A DNA stretch of 64,000 bases. Origin: Octopus vulgaris. Its lineage: Eukaryota. Of this stretch, positions 25,256 to 38,414 are shown one piece after another. The notes beneath the pieces were generated by a model. The model had not been told where the DNA came from. It saw nothing but the letters and a program-made list of their open reading frames with translations, and searched no databases. The number at the start of each line of letters is the position of its first letter. Within the stretch, counting starts at the first letter, position 1. The stretch is taken from assembly GCA_951406725.2 (NCBI GenBank), contig OX597827.1, positions 79,360,001 through 79,424,000 of the forward strand, read 5' to 3'. Position numbers and translations under genes: made by a program.

Positions 25256-26383
25256 GGAAAAGGAATGCAGTAATAATCAATGAACAATTCACAAATCTTT
25301 CTCACAGATTAATCTATCAATAATTTTACAATTTTCCTCGTATTTCGTTTTGAAATTTTAGTTTGTGTTTCTGTTTGTAAGGAAGGACATGAAGGCCATT
25401 GATGGAATACATTTTCACAAGTGAAATATATTACATTAATGTAAGCATTGTTTCGTTGCTGCAAATGAGGTCTTTGGATTATCTTGGCCTACATTCTGAC
25501 CATAATATGAATCAAATCTTTAATTGCTTTCTTTAAATGAAATTAAGACTTTTAGAGTTAAAATAAATATTAGAATGCTTCCAAATTAAAGGAGACAGTT
25601 TCAAATGAAGGATGTGAACTGAACTACAAGAAATTTTTATTTTACAACAGATTAGTGGAAAACAAATAATAGTTCCAATAAAAAATAAATACTGAAAGAT
25701 TCAACAATTAATAGGAAAAGAGAAGGTTCTTGCAAACCAATATACAGCAGAAAGTCTGCCAAAATTCTTATGAGATAAAAATATAGCACAGAAAATTTGA
25801 CATTAAACATTCATCTTAATTCTATTTCAAATTGTTATTTCCGGGTTAATTTCTATCATCTTCCACCATCTTGGATGTAAATCTCGACACAATGTTTCTT
25901 TAATAATTAAATCTGGTAAAATAAGATGCTTCATATTCTTATTATTATTGTAAATATCTAATCATGTAAATCTTTTTAAGAGAGATTATCTTTATTAAAG
26001 AAGTGTTATAATCCAAACACACTGAAACGAATTCATAAAACTCAACTCTATATTATTGGCAGATCAATAAATGTTTTACAACATGTAATGAAACACACTT
26101 CTCTTATTTAAAGTATATTACACCAATACTATTTACGAAAATGTTTAAAAGAATATTTAGAAGACAGTATGGAATTAATTGAAGGTAAATTCTCTGGTTG
26201 TGGACAGATTCATATGGTTATTTTACAAATAAAGGTGTATATATATGTGTGTGTTTTAAAAATAAGGGGACAAACTACTACTACTACCACCACCACCACT
26301 ACTACTACTACTACCACCAATGTTGCTGATGTTAATGGTGGAAGTGATGGCTTGATCTCTCTATCCTCCACTGTCCCAGTCCC

Positions 26384-26419
<36 letters not shown>

Positions 26420-26546
26420 AATATATACACACACACACAACATGGTGGACATTTTAGATTGTAGCATTACCCTGTCGTACATTAGAAACACATACAATAT
26501 AATTATAAAGGATATGAAAAGATGAGAAAGCGAGAGAGAGACTTAC

Positions 26547-26861
26547 CTGCATTGTTTAATCCTTCACTGTAGTTGTGTGTGATGGATGATGTGTATCCTG
26601 CTGTAGTGTTCCACTCCAACTGCTGCTACTGCTGCTGTAGTGGTATTATAGTGGTACTGCTGCTGTTGTAGTAGTGTTCCTGTGTTACTGCAGCTGCTGC
26701 TGCTGTTCCTGTGTAACTGCTGATATAATAGTGTGACAGTTGCTGTATGTAGTGGGAGGTGAGATGTTAGCCAGATGCTGGTGTGTGCTAGTTACAACTC
26801 TATGTCCTCCACACACACACACACAATTGTGTGTATGATGAACAAAGAAAAAAGCTATCAG
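26547..26861 (-). other. Non-coding leader exon of copy 3 (8.66-kb first intron); 5' end approximate
   Basis: Donor GCAG|GTAAGT at 26547; near-identical to the other leaders. Confidence 0.68.
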
Positions 26862-26949
26862 CCTCACTTTCAATATTGAAAGAAATATAGAAAATCTCTC
26901 TCATCCAATAGGAAATTACTGCAATGTTGTCTGTGTCACACAAACACAT
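26861..26949 (-). promoter_or_regulatory. Putative core promoter of copy 3 (CCAAT 26905-26909; palindrome 26867-26882)
   Basis: Essentially identical conserved block. Confidence 0.55.
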
Positions 26950-27849
26950 CAAATAAGAGAATTGATGTTAAACAGAGGCTGTTTGATGAATTATGTGCAA
27001 TTATCATTCATACATTTTATAGATAGTGTGATTAATCGAGGAGTATCCTATTTAGTTCTGTTATTAATTATTTTTTAATATTAAACAGATTATAGTATAT
27101 CCTAGCAATAAAAAGATCCTTGTAACAACAAAAAATTCAATGTTAGTTAAAGAAATAGACATCGTTGCTACAAACGTGGCAAAAAGAAATCTAAACAACA
27201 GCTATTAGGTGACAACAGTAAATGTAAATTAAGCAAAATGCTGCATAAAAATTGTATTTTATTATTTATATGAAATATTCATATAGCTACATTTTAATGG
27301 ACAAACTAAAAGTGTTTAGTGTAGGAATGTATTTAATTTGGGGAGTATTCTTAAGATTTACTAAATCGAAATTCAACACTAGATCTGATAATATTTCATT
27401 TAAATTTCACTTTACTTCAAATTATGCTAAATTTATTGTTACTCTCCTCTCAGATGGTGTGGATACTACAAGATATGTCAACATTCTGCAGAACCTCCAG
27501 ATTAAGATCGTTAGTTAAATGATATAATAGCAAAACTTTTATTTTGTTTTATGCTACAAATGGATGTTGTAAATATAGAAATTAGAATTACACTAAAACA
27601 GGAGCTTAGCAAATTAAATATAACATACAATGAGCCCAATATACTGTCATCAATGATAATATACAGAAGGGTATTTGTAGTATTTCATGTATCAGAGATG
27701 TAAATCAAGGATCATAATAGATGCCCTGCAAGGCCCTTTATGTGTGATGTGTGAAAGAAACATAGAGTTGATATTTTTATATGAATATAAAGTATTGTAT
27801 AAGATTTGGTGTGTGAGAGAATCATTTAACAATAGTCATGGAACATCTA

Positions 27850-27929
27850 CTATGTTGGCTGTAGATAGGTATCTTGTATTTGTTGTCCCTTTAGTATTGT
27901 GGCTGCAACTGGATTGTCATTGGTATATT
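27850..27929 (-). CDS. Protocadherin copy 4, terminal coding exon
   Basis: Same acceptor, phase and TAG as the other copies. Confidence 0.82.
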
Positions 27930-28093
27930 CTGCAAAATATCAAATATACAAACACAAATTACATTTCAATATAACAACTCCAATATATAAAGATAGAAAC
28001 ATTGATCTTGTATTACACTAAGCATAACATTATATATTGTCCTACAGTAATAAAGGCAATTACATTTATATGTTATGTTTTGATAAAAGTTAC

Positions 28094-28238
28094 CTGGTTC
28101 TGCAGGTATCTCATCATATGGTTTAGTCTTGCCATTACTCTTGCTAGCTTCTCTGTCCTTTTGGGATGTTAAGGTGTCACTGTTGTAAGACATGATGGAA
28201 CTGGTACGACGTCCTTGACTATGGATTGAATCACATCT
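28094..28238 (-). CDS. Protocadherin copy 4, 145-nt cytoplasmic exon
   Basis: Acceptor tttttctaatcaccag|, donor CCAG|GTAACT. Confidence 0.84.
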
Positions 28239-28614
28239 CTGGTGATTAGAAAAAAAAGCAGAGTGAAGCATAATGTTAAAAAGAAGAAACATATATATTT
28301 GTATTCTAGAATGTTTCTGGTAAGACACAAGAGAGGAATGCTTTTAAAATGAGCAGAAACAGTATAATTGAAGACAGTCTTAGTTAATGAAAATAACTTG
28401 GAGTAGACAATAAACAAAACAGAGATACTAGTTTAATGAAATATATGGAAATTTTAGATTTATGAATTCTGTAAATTGTAAAAATATGAAAGAGCCATTA
28501 TGTTTTATGGAGAAGGCATAAAGAACATAACATGTATATAAAATAAGAGATTTCAAATATATTTTGATGAATGTTTCAAAAATATGCCATAGAATTGTTT
28601 AAAATAATATTTAC

Positions 28615-31017
28615 CTGAGGCACAGGTGGAAGTCTCCTTTGTGTTGTTGAGAATTTCCATTCATCTGGTGTCTGTTCCATCTCCAGAAAAAACTGACTTT
28701 TAGATTTTATTGTCTGAAGATTTCGGTTAAATATCTCTTCTGCATTTCTCGTTATTGCAACAGGATTGTTAGTCTGATACAGTAATTGTCTCATCTCAGT
28801 CTGAGAGAGAAAGTTGGGATTCTCTGCTGTTGTGGGTGAGTTATTTGTGTGATTAATACATCTGAAAACACACAGTGTTATGGACACTACAATAGCCACA
28901 GATAGTATTACAGCTGCTGCTACAATGATAATTACCCAAGTCATATTCAGGTCGTGACCAGACTGGAATGGCACAGCAGTCAACATTGGAGATGTATCAT
29001 TACTAACAAACAGTGTTAGTATGATAGCAGTTGTTGCTGATTGAACTGGAGTACCACCGTCTTTCACTATAAACTGCAGCTCATATGTTCCTGCATCATT
29101 TTGGTAAACTGTGCGAGAGAAAGATAACACACCAGTGTGTGAGTTCACTGTAAACAGGTTTTTATCATTGGATCTCAGTATTCCATATGTGAGGAAAGCA
29201 TTGTTTCCAGTGTCTTTGTCAGATGCTCTCAGAATTGTGATGTCCTTCTTACTGTGTGGATGGTAGTGGACATCTAGATTGTAAGGGTCATTATTAGGAA
29301 ACGTAAAATACGGAGCATTATCATTTTTATCTAGAATCTCAATAACAATATTGGCAGTGTCATTGAGAGAAGGTGTTCCATTATCTTTCACTGAAACCTT
29401 GAACTTATAGATGTCTTTCATTTCTCGATCTATTGGATGTGATGTAGAAATGAATCCATATTTTGTCAGTTGGAAAGGAATGTTATCATTGTTGTTATCA
29501 CTGATGATAGAATATGTAAGTTGGCCTCCATCTCCAAAATCAGGGTCTGTAGCATTGATGAAGCCAATAGGGAAGTCAACTTTCTGGTTTTCATAGGTGA
29601 GGAATTGGAATGTCTCTTTGGTAAAATGTGGTTCTACATCATTGACATCAGTTACTTTGACAGAGAAATATTTTTTACTTTCTAGTTGAGGTGACCCCAT
29701 ATCACGACACACAACAGATACTTTATAATGGTCCCTTATTTCTCTGTCAAGGTGGCCCTTAACAATTATTTTATATTCTTTAGAATCCATTTTGGCAAGT
29801 TTAAATTTATCATGTTTTAAATCACAGCTAACCTCACCATTAGGTCCACTATCATTGTCGGTGACCATAACATAAGCTATAAAACTATCTACTTCACTGT
29901 CTTCTGAAACTGCTGTGGAACTCTCTGATAAAGGAGATACAAAATCTATATTTATCATGGGAGCAGAATTTTGGTTACTAATGACGTGAATCTGTACCAT
30001 TGTTACAGAACTTAGGGAGGGACTCCCATCATCTTGTGCTTCAATGTATAATTTGTATGTATGTTTTCCACCAAAACTAAAATTATCTTTTAAATATATC
30101 TCACCATTAGTTCTCTTTAATAAAAAATATTTCTGGAACAGAATGGGAGTTTTATGGTTGAAATGGTAAGAAATCTTTCCATTGTGTCCAGAATCTCTAT
30201 CTGTTGCTTTTAAAGTAAGAATTGGTAAATGTCTTTGATGTGAATTGCTTATAGAGACATTGTAGACTTTCTGTGAAAATACAGGTGTGTTATCATTGAC
30301 GTCTGTCACAGATATGTGTACCTTGAGTGTAGCTGTTTTGGGAGGGTTCCCTCCATCTTTAGCTTCCAGGGTCAACATATATGAGTCTTTGACTTCTCTG
30401 TCTAATGTTTCTTCAAGAATAAGTTGAGGTATGAAGGCACCATCATTTTGTTTTTTCATGTACAAAGAAAATGGATCTCTTTGACTAGCCATTATTTTAT
30501 ATGAAATTTGGGAATTCAAGATGGTTATATCCCTATCTATGGCAAATGGAATTATCCTTCTGGTTCCTTTAAAACTATCTTCAGTATATTTAACAGTGAT
30601 TTTATCAATAGAAAATTCTGGAGAATGGTCATTGATGTCTTCTATTATTATTTTCACCTTCAGGATCTTCAGAAATCTTTTATTTTCCCTTACTGCTACT
30701 TTAACAATTCTGGAACATTCCTTGTTGTATGTACACAGAGACTCAGCATCCAGTGTCTGAGTAGTGTATAGTTTTCCTGAGTTGGTGACATTAAATAAGT
30801 GAGAACCACTTTCAACTGTCCTTTGTAGTTGTGTAAATGTAATGAGAGTGTGTTGTTGATGTGTGAGAGGGTGTGATAAGTTGGAGTCAACAGCAATGTC
30901 TCCTATATAGGTGTGAGGACTGCCTTCTTCCTTGACATGGTATGTAATATCTATGGACAGTACAAGAGACTGTCGTAATTGTAGCAAACACACCAGGTAA
31001 ATGATATTTCCATTCAT
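28615..31017 (-). CDS. Protocadherin copy 4, large exon (801 codons; spliced product ~875 aa)
   Basis: Intact ORF with six EC repeats and TM. Donor at 28615; acceptor aattctag| at 31053. Confidence 0.95.
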
Positions 31018-31929
31018 GTCTGTAGGTCGTCATTACTCTCCTATGAGATATTTCTAGAATTACAATAGGTAAAAATTACAAACAGAGACAAAGTAAGATT
31101 AAATATATGTCAGTGAGCAAAATTTTTTCTAAAAACAGTTTTGCTAAGTGATTCATTCTTGCAATATATAGTTCAGGTTTAACATACATAAATGTGTATT
31201 TGATTTGAATTTCAAAATTATTTTGTCAGCAATAAGCTATAAATTGGTTTCCAGCCTAGCATCCAAAGGAGCCTGTGAACCTGCTAAAGTAAAGCAGGAG
31301 AACCTTGAACGAAGACCTAAATTTGAGGATTCTGCATTGTAAAATGCATATTTAATCACAATAAGGCTGATCAAGACAAACTAAGATTTTCAAAATACTT
31401 TCTAAATCTACAGAAAGAGTTCAAGTTTTTTAGACAATTTTTAAAACATGACTTAAGCTTAAAAGTGTCTGTGTTTGCATCTAAAATTCTTACCCCTGCG
31501 TCAAGAGCAGCATCAGCTTTCTTATTAAATAAGTGATTTTGGTCTTTGGTTAATGTGATGTATTCAGTAACATATTCAGGTACATATATCATTCAGTTGT
31601 GAAATAAAACTGTGAAAATGACTGGCTATTAGTTACTAAAATCAGCTTGTTGAATACATAAATTTTTGAAAAGTATGGGAGTTGCGGAAAAAATTCCCTT
31701 AAATAAAAAGGGTCTTATGTTAGAAGAGCGATAAGGAGTGATGGTGGAAGGGTTAAATCCAGACACATGAAATACTATTCATAGTTATACAGGTGAGATG
31801 GAGAGAGAGTGATAGATGAAAGGGTAATGTAAATAGCGGTAGATGGAAACATAACAAGAATACACTGGGTAAGTGACCCAAATGCAGCCATCACCACCAT
31901 GAGTATCATTCATCATATTTTTTAAAATC

Positions 31930-33160
31930 ATTTCTTTTATGAGTTTCGTCATCACCACTTTGGTCCATGTCTTCCAGGGTCTCCTCTTCAACATATTCCA
32001 ACTACTTCAAGTAGTCAACACTCTCTTGCATACTACATCTAATTTCTATTACATTCAGTTTTTCTTTTACCCCATTTGTTTTCTACTGTTCAAGCACTTA
32101 ACATTACAAATCCAGTGGAGCAAGCTTCATTTCTTTCTAGTTTGTAGAAATCCTCTGTATTCAGGCTCCATGTGTCTCTACCATGCAGCATTGTATTTTG
32201 TACACATGCATTATACAATCTGCCTTTCATTCTCAGAGAGAACCATTTTGTTATGAGCAGAGTTAATAACTCCATGAACTTATTTCAACTAATTTTTGAA
32301 AATAGAAATAAGGCATTTCTAAATCTCTCAGAGAGATTTATGCAGTAGCAACACAATAAAGTGATAGTATGTTGTCAACTTAATGTGACAGTCCCATGAA
32401 AGGGAAGAATGCTATTGTTATTTAGTCCAAAAGGAAACAGTGTTTCCTAGGGCTAAATAACAGTAGCATTCTTCCCTTTCAAGGGACTGTCACATTAAGT
32501 TGACAACATACTATCACTTTATTTCAATTAGCTTTTACTCTGGCTACTATACCTTCAACAGATCCACCACCATAGATAATTAGGCCCCTGATGTAACAAA
32601 AACTATCAACAATATCAAGAAATCCTTCCTAAAATTTGAAAGGATCAACTTCCTGTGCAGTTTTAGTGCCTTTGCATTTGCTGCAATGTTTGTTTTTTCC
32701 ATTAGCCAACTTGTAATACTACTACATTTCTTGTGTGTCTATCATTTACATTCAGTGCATCATATGGAATTCCTACCTACTCTTTCTCTGCAAATTGAAC
32801 ATGGCTGTTTTCCTGTTGGTATGGAAACGTCAATGTTCAATAACCAAAAAAGGAATAGGTAAGAAATCCATATAATGTAACCTACCTACTAATATTATAG
32901 TGAGTATGAAGTTTACTTTCAAGCCTCTTGATTCTAGATTTTGCTTCTACAACTGGAATTTACACTCTAAATTCTACAACACATTCAACTAAAAGAGTGA
33001 GTCCTTCAGTACATAGGAATTCTTATGGACAGCTGGCTTTAAACTTGTTATATACTCGAAGATTACAATAAATAAGGGAACTGAAACCTGGTTGATGTCT
33101 GCTTTCAGACTAAATTCTTCATTCTACTCATTACTGACTTTTCACCTGATTGCACGTCTG
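31930..33160 (-). mobile_element. Old, highly decayed RTE LINE fragment, interrupted by a hairpin element
   Basis: Peptide LRMKGRLYNACVQNTMLHG matches LRVKGRLYDACV of the 18-20 kb LINE; further decayed matches at 32600-33100. Confidence 0.55.
32355..32523. mobile_element. ~170-bp hairpin (MITE-like inverted repeat)
   Basis: aataaagtgatagtatgttgtcaacttaatgtgacagtccc... is mirrored by ...gggactgtcacattaagttgacaacatactatcactttatt; ~73-bp arms with few mismatches. Confidence 0.7.
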
Positions 33161-34463
33161 CACCCTCATAAGCAATTCATATACATGACCCACACATAAA
33201 CACACACAATTTCTATATACCTATTTAATTATAACAAAGCTGTGTCTGAAGTTTTCCTATTAAATGTTGGCCTTCAACTTTGTACCATTATGTAATATTG
33301 TGTAAGTTTCTTTATCCCAGTAATAATTTGCTAGGATATTTTAAGAAGATATATCATTAATTATAGCAAGTGAAAGACATGACAAGTGATTTCTCATGAG
33401 CTTTAAGAAAAGTAAAAGTAGTTGGGCATTCTTAACTTTCTACTGCTGGTTTATTCATGTATTATATTTTCAGAGTGAGACTATTGATAAAACATATGTA
33501 ATTTCTGTACAATGAGAAAGGATTATACCAGAACAGCACTAATAATATAGATATCATCTTACAGATTAAATTAACCATAATTATACAATAATATAATTCA
33601 CATAATGACTATTTTTTAAATTTCAATATGAGAAGGTGAAAAAGAACACTGACACACAATAGAAAGAAAGGAAATGTATAAAGAAAATATTGAACATTAA
33701 GGATACCATTACAATCAAAGAAATAACAGGAAACAAGAAAAATAGTTCTGAATGTTTAGTAACAAACAGAAGGCAATGGTTCTCCTAGAATAATGCACAA
33801 CAAAGTATTTGCTGAAAGAATAAGATTCTTATATTAAAAAAACAAAAAAGAAACAGAATTAAACATGTATTCATGAATAAAACAATAAAGTCAGATATTG
33901 TGTCAGTTGCTACTTTGTATCATCTAGATTGTAAATTATCTAACAATGTTTCTTTCTTAATGAAATAGGATTTAAGATACTTCGTGATATTGCTGTTGCA
34001 TAGAAACTGTCTAAATACTATCTATATCTATGCAGATTATATCTAAGATGCAAATACACTGTTAAATATCCTAACAGCTTATGTACGACTGGATATCAAT
34101 GAATATTTATTGAACCACAGACAATTCATTGAACAAATTACACAAGAATTCTACATGTATATTATTTTATGACCAATCAAATAAAACTACTACAACCAAA
34201 ACAAGCCCTGCAAGCAACAACTGCTCTGTAAATGTGCCTTTACTTCAGAGATATTACAACAGCTGCTGCTACTGTTCGTAATGGTGGAAGTGATGGCTAG
34301 ATGTCTCTATCCTCTACTTTCTCAATCCCTATATACACATATAACATGGCAGACATTTTAGATATTATCCTTACCCTGTCTTTCATTAGAAACACAAATA
34401 ATATAAATGTTATAATGAATATGAAAAGATAATAAAGAGAAAGAGAGGGAGAGAGAGACTTAC

Positions 34464-34776
34464 CTGCATTGTTTAATCCTTCACTGTAGTTGTGTGTGAT
34501 GGATGATGCGTATCCTGCTGTAGTGTTCCACTCCAACTGCTGCTGCTGCTGTAGTGGTATTATAGTGGTACTGCTGCTGTTGTAGTAGTGTTCCTGTGTT
34601 ACTACTGCTGCTGCTGTTGTAGTGGTGGTGTTCCTGTGTAACTGCTGATATAATAGTGTGACAGGGCTTGTATGAGATGTTAGCCAGATGCTGGTGTGTG
34701 CTAGTTACAACTCTATGTCTTCCACACACACACACACACAATTGTGTGTATGATGAACAAAGAAAAAAGCTATCAG
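34464..34776 (-). other. Non-coding leader exon of copy 4; 5' end approximate
   Basis: Donor GCAG|GTAAGT at 34464; near-identical to the others apart from small indels. Confidence 0.68.
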
Positions 34777-34863
34777 CCTCACTTTCAATATTGAAAGAAA
34801 TATAGAAATCTCTCTCATCCAATAGGAAATTACTGCAATGGTGTCTGTGTCACACAAACACAT
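34776..34863 (-). promoter_or_regulatory. Putative core promoter of copy 4 (CCAAT 34819-34823; palindrome 34782-34797)
   Basis: Conserved block with one or two differences. Confidence 0.55.
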
Positions 34864-35750
34864 TGAACAAGAGAACTCACTTTACACTGAAGTAGATTCA
34901 TGATTTTCATAAGATCACATTATCATATTACGTATTTAGGGCTTACTAAAAAACAAATCTGATATTTAGTGTTAAGAGTATAATTCTGATTGTATGAGAG
35001 TTTAAATACTGAAAAATATTCTGTATTTGGTTGAGACTATTATAACATCATGAACTGTTAAGACTTAGGGTAAGAAGAGGAAATACTGTATAATAATGTG
35101 AACAAAATGGGCAACAAAAGTAAATCCAACACTCTAAACATTTCCTGATATAACAAAACTAATAAAATAAATTCAAATCAATGTTTATTAAACGTTTTAA
35201 TCGCATAAACAAACAGTTTTAAAAATTCATTCATTAAATTTTGTGTATCATTATTATAATATATTGTATTTATAGTAATGTAACAAATTCATAGGTTTAC
35301 ACGTTCTAATTCTAGAATAAAGAAATAATAACTTGAGTCTGAATCTGTGAACTGTGTGCATGCGTGTGTGTGATTCATTCTACCAGATTACAACATTTGA
35401 GATTAAGATCATTAGTTAAATGATATAATAGCAAAACTTTTATGTTGTTTTATGCTACAAATGGATGAAGTAAATATAGAAATTAGAATTACACTAAAAC
35501 AGGAGCTTAGCAAATTAAATATAACATACAATGAGCCCAATATACTGTCATCAATGATAATATAGAGAAGGGTATTTGTAGTATTTCATGTATCAGAGAT
35601 GTAAATCAAGGGTCATAATAGATGCCCTGCAAGGCCCTTTATGTGTGATGTGTGAAAGAAACATAGAGTTGATATTTTTATATGAATATAAAGTATTGTA
35701 TAAGATTTGGTGTGTGAGAGAATCATTTAACAATAGTCATGGAACATCTA

Positions 35751-37830
35751 CTATGTTGGCTGTAGATAGGTATCTTGTATTTGTTGTCCCTTTAGTATTG
35801 TGGCTGCCACTGGATTGTCATTGGTATATTCTGCAAAATATCAAATATACAAACACAAATTACATTTCAATATAACAACTCCAATATATAAAGTTAGAAA
35901 CATTGATCTTATATTACACTAAGCATAACATTATATATTGTCCTACAGTAATAAAGGCAATTACATTTATATGTTATGTTTCGATAAAAGTTACCTGGTT
36001 CTGCAGGTATCTCATCATATGGTTTAGTCTTGCCATTACTCTTGCTAGCTTCTCTGTCCTTTTGGGATGTTAAGGTGTCACTGTTGTAGTTAGACAGGTT
36101 GGAACTGATGTGACCTTCTCGACTATGGATAGAAACATATCTCAGTTGATTATAGAAAAGATAAAAAATTATATTGATACAAATCTAGATCTTACCTAAT
36201 AAAACAGTCATTGTATAAAAAGTGTTGTATTTCTATAATAGGCATTGAAACTGTTTAAGTATCACTAAACAAAAATGAATAATTAATTCAGAAAGTCACA
36301 GATAAACAATAAATTTTAAGCAAAGGAATAAAACTGCTCATACACATGAGTTTCTAAAATTGATAATTTATATAAATATTTGAACATGTGTGAATAATCA
36401 CTAAAATACTTTTGCATTTAAAATCAAAAGGATATCAGAGACATAAAATGATATTTACCTGAGGAACAGGTGAGAAGTCTCCTCTGTGTTGTTCAGAATT
36501 TCCTCTCATCTGGTGTCTGTTCCATCTCCAGAAAAAAACTGACTTTTAAACTCTATTGTCTGAAGATTTCAGTTAAATATCTCTTCTGCATTTCTTGCAA
36601 TTGTCTCATCTCAGTCTGAGAGAGAAAGTTGGGATTCTCTGCTGTTGTGGGTGCGTTATTTGTGTGATTAATACATCTGAAAACACACAGTGTTATGGAC
36701 ACTACAATAGCCACAGATAGTATCACAGCTGCTGCTACAATGATAATTATCCAAGTCATATTCAGGTCATGACCAGACTGGAATGGCACAGCAGTCAACA
36801 TTGGAGATGTATCATTACTAACAAACAGTGTTAGTATGATAGCAGTTGTTGCTGATTGAACTGGAGTACCACTATAAACTCCAGCTAATATTAAAGACTT
36901 TAAGAACATGATATTTTGTTATGTAACCACAATATATTACAAAGTAGAGTAAATGTTTTTTTTTAAGTCAATAGCATGTTCTATTGTGTTAGCAGTGCTA
37001 TTACATCACTTGCTAAGGTCAGCTCATATGTTTCTGAAACATTTTGGTAACTTGTCTGAGAAAGATAACACATCAGCGTGTAAGTTCAGCACCCAGCACA
37101 CTCTGTAAAGTGGTTGGTACTAAGTAGGACATCCAGCTGTAGAAATCCAGCCAAAACAGATAGCTCCTGTCAAACTGTGCAACCCATGCTAGCATGGAAA
37201 ACAGATATGAAATGATGATGATGATGGATCTCAGTATTCCATATGTGAGGAAAGCATTGTTTCCAGTGTCTTTGTCAGATGCTTTCAGAATTGTGATGTC
37301 CTTCTTACTGTGTGGATGGTAGTGGACATCGAGATTGTAAGGGTCATTATTAGGAAACGTAAAATACGGAGCATTATCATTTTTATCTAGAATCTCAATA
37401 ACAATATTGGCAGTGTCATTGAGAGAAGGTGTTCCATTATCTTTCACTAAAACCTTGAACTTATAGATGTCTTTCATTTCTCGATCTATTGATTGTGATG
37501 TAGAAAAAAATCCATATTTTGTCAGTTGGAAAGGAATGTTATCATTGTTGTTATCATTGATGATAGAATATGTAAGTTGGCCTCCATCTCCAAGATCAGG
37601 GTCTGTAGCATTGATGAAGCCAATAGGGAAGTCAACTTTCTGGTTTTCATAAGTGAGGAATTGGAATGTCTCTTTGGTAAAATGTGGCTCTACATCATTG
37701 ACATCAGTTACTTTGACAGAGAACTGCTTCTTAGTCTTTAACAGAGATGATTCCATGTCATGATATACAACAGATGTTTCTTTGTCAAAGTGTCTTCTAA
37801 TAATAGAATGTAACATCCACATTATGTCCA
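35751..37830 (-). pseudogene. Truncated protocadherin pseudogene (end of EC4 through terminal exon)
   Basis: No signal peptide or EC1-3. Insertions at ~36886-37018 and ~37088-37226 in EC6, a ~30-nt deletion at ~36597, extra bases near 36473 and 36535, and the acceptor of the middle exon mutated AG>TG (36143-36144). Terminal exon 35751-35830 intact. Confidence 0.88.
37088..37226 (+). mobile_element. RTE LINE/SINE 3'-tail fragment inserted in pseudogene EC6
   Basis: catccagctgtagaaa...aacccatgctagcatggaaa...(gat)n, the same tail as the 18-kb LINE. Confidence 0.75.
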
Positions 37831-38414
37831 ACATCATTATTAATTATTGCACCACAAGCTAAAAAAGTAAACAGAATAATGATTAGTGAATTGTGACAGA
37901 CACTATAATCTGAAGAACTGTAACATTAATAAAGAAGTTACAAAAAATTCTCTAGCAAATCTAAATTATTTATTTTAAAATTTCTATCTATAAGCTAGAA
38001 ATAAACTGAAGGATAAATTATAGTTAAAATATGAAGTCTTTGTCCATTTTGTTATATCTAAATTCATTAGAAATAAGATCATAATCTAAACCCTGTATAT
38101 TTTTTATTACGAGATGTTAATAGTTTAGAAAACTATATTTGATTTTTATTAACATTTGACACATGTACACATTAATATTTAAAATACCCTTCTTTGGAAC
38201 AGAATCTTTTACTATCTTTTGCTAAAAATTTTCTGCATAAAGTTCCAATGTAATTGCCAGTGCAGTACAGTCTGTTTTTGGTGTAAAGTTTCTGAAGAAA
38301 GAAAACAAAGCTCAGAAGAATGCATGAATTTCTACATCAACTTTTGTGAATTACAAATATTTAGCATTCCTTACTAAAGATTGAAACATCTCAGAAGCAT
38401 AATAATTAAGAGGT

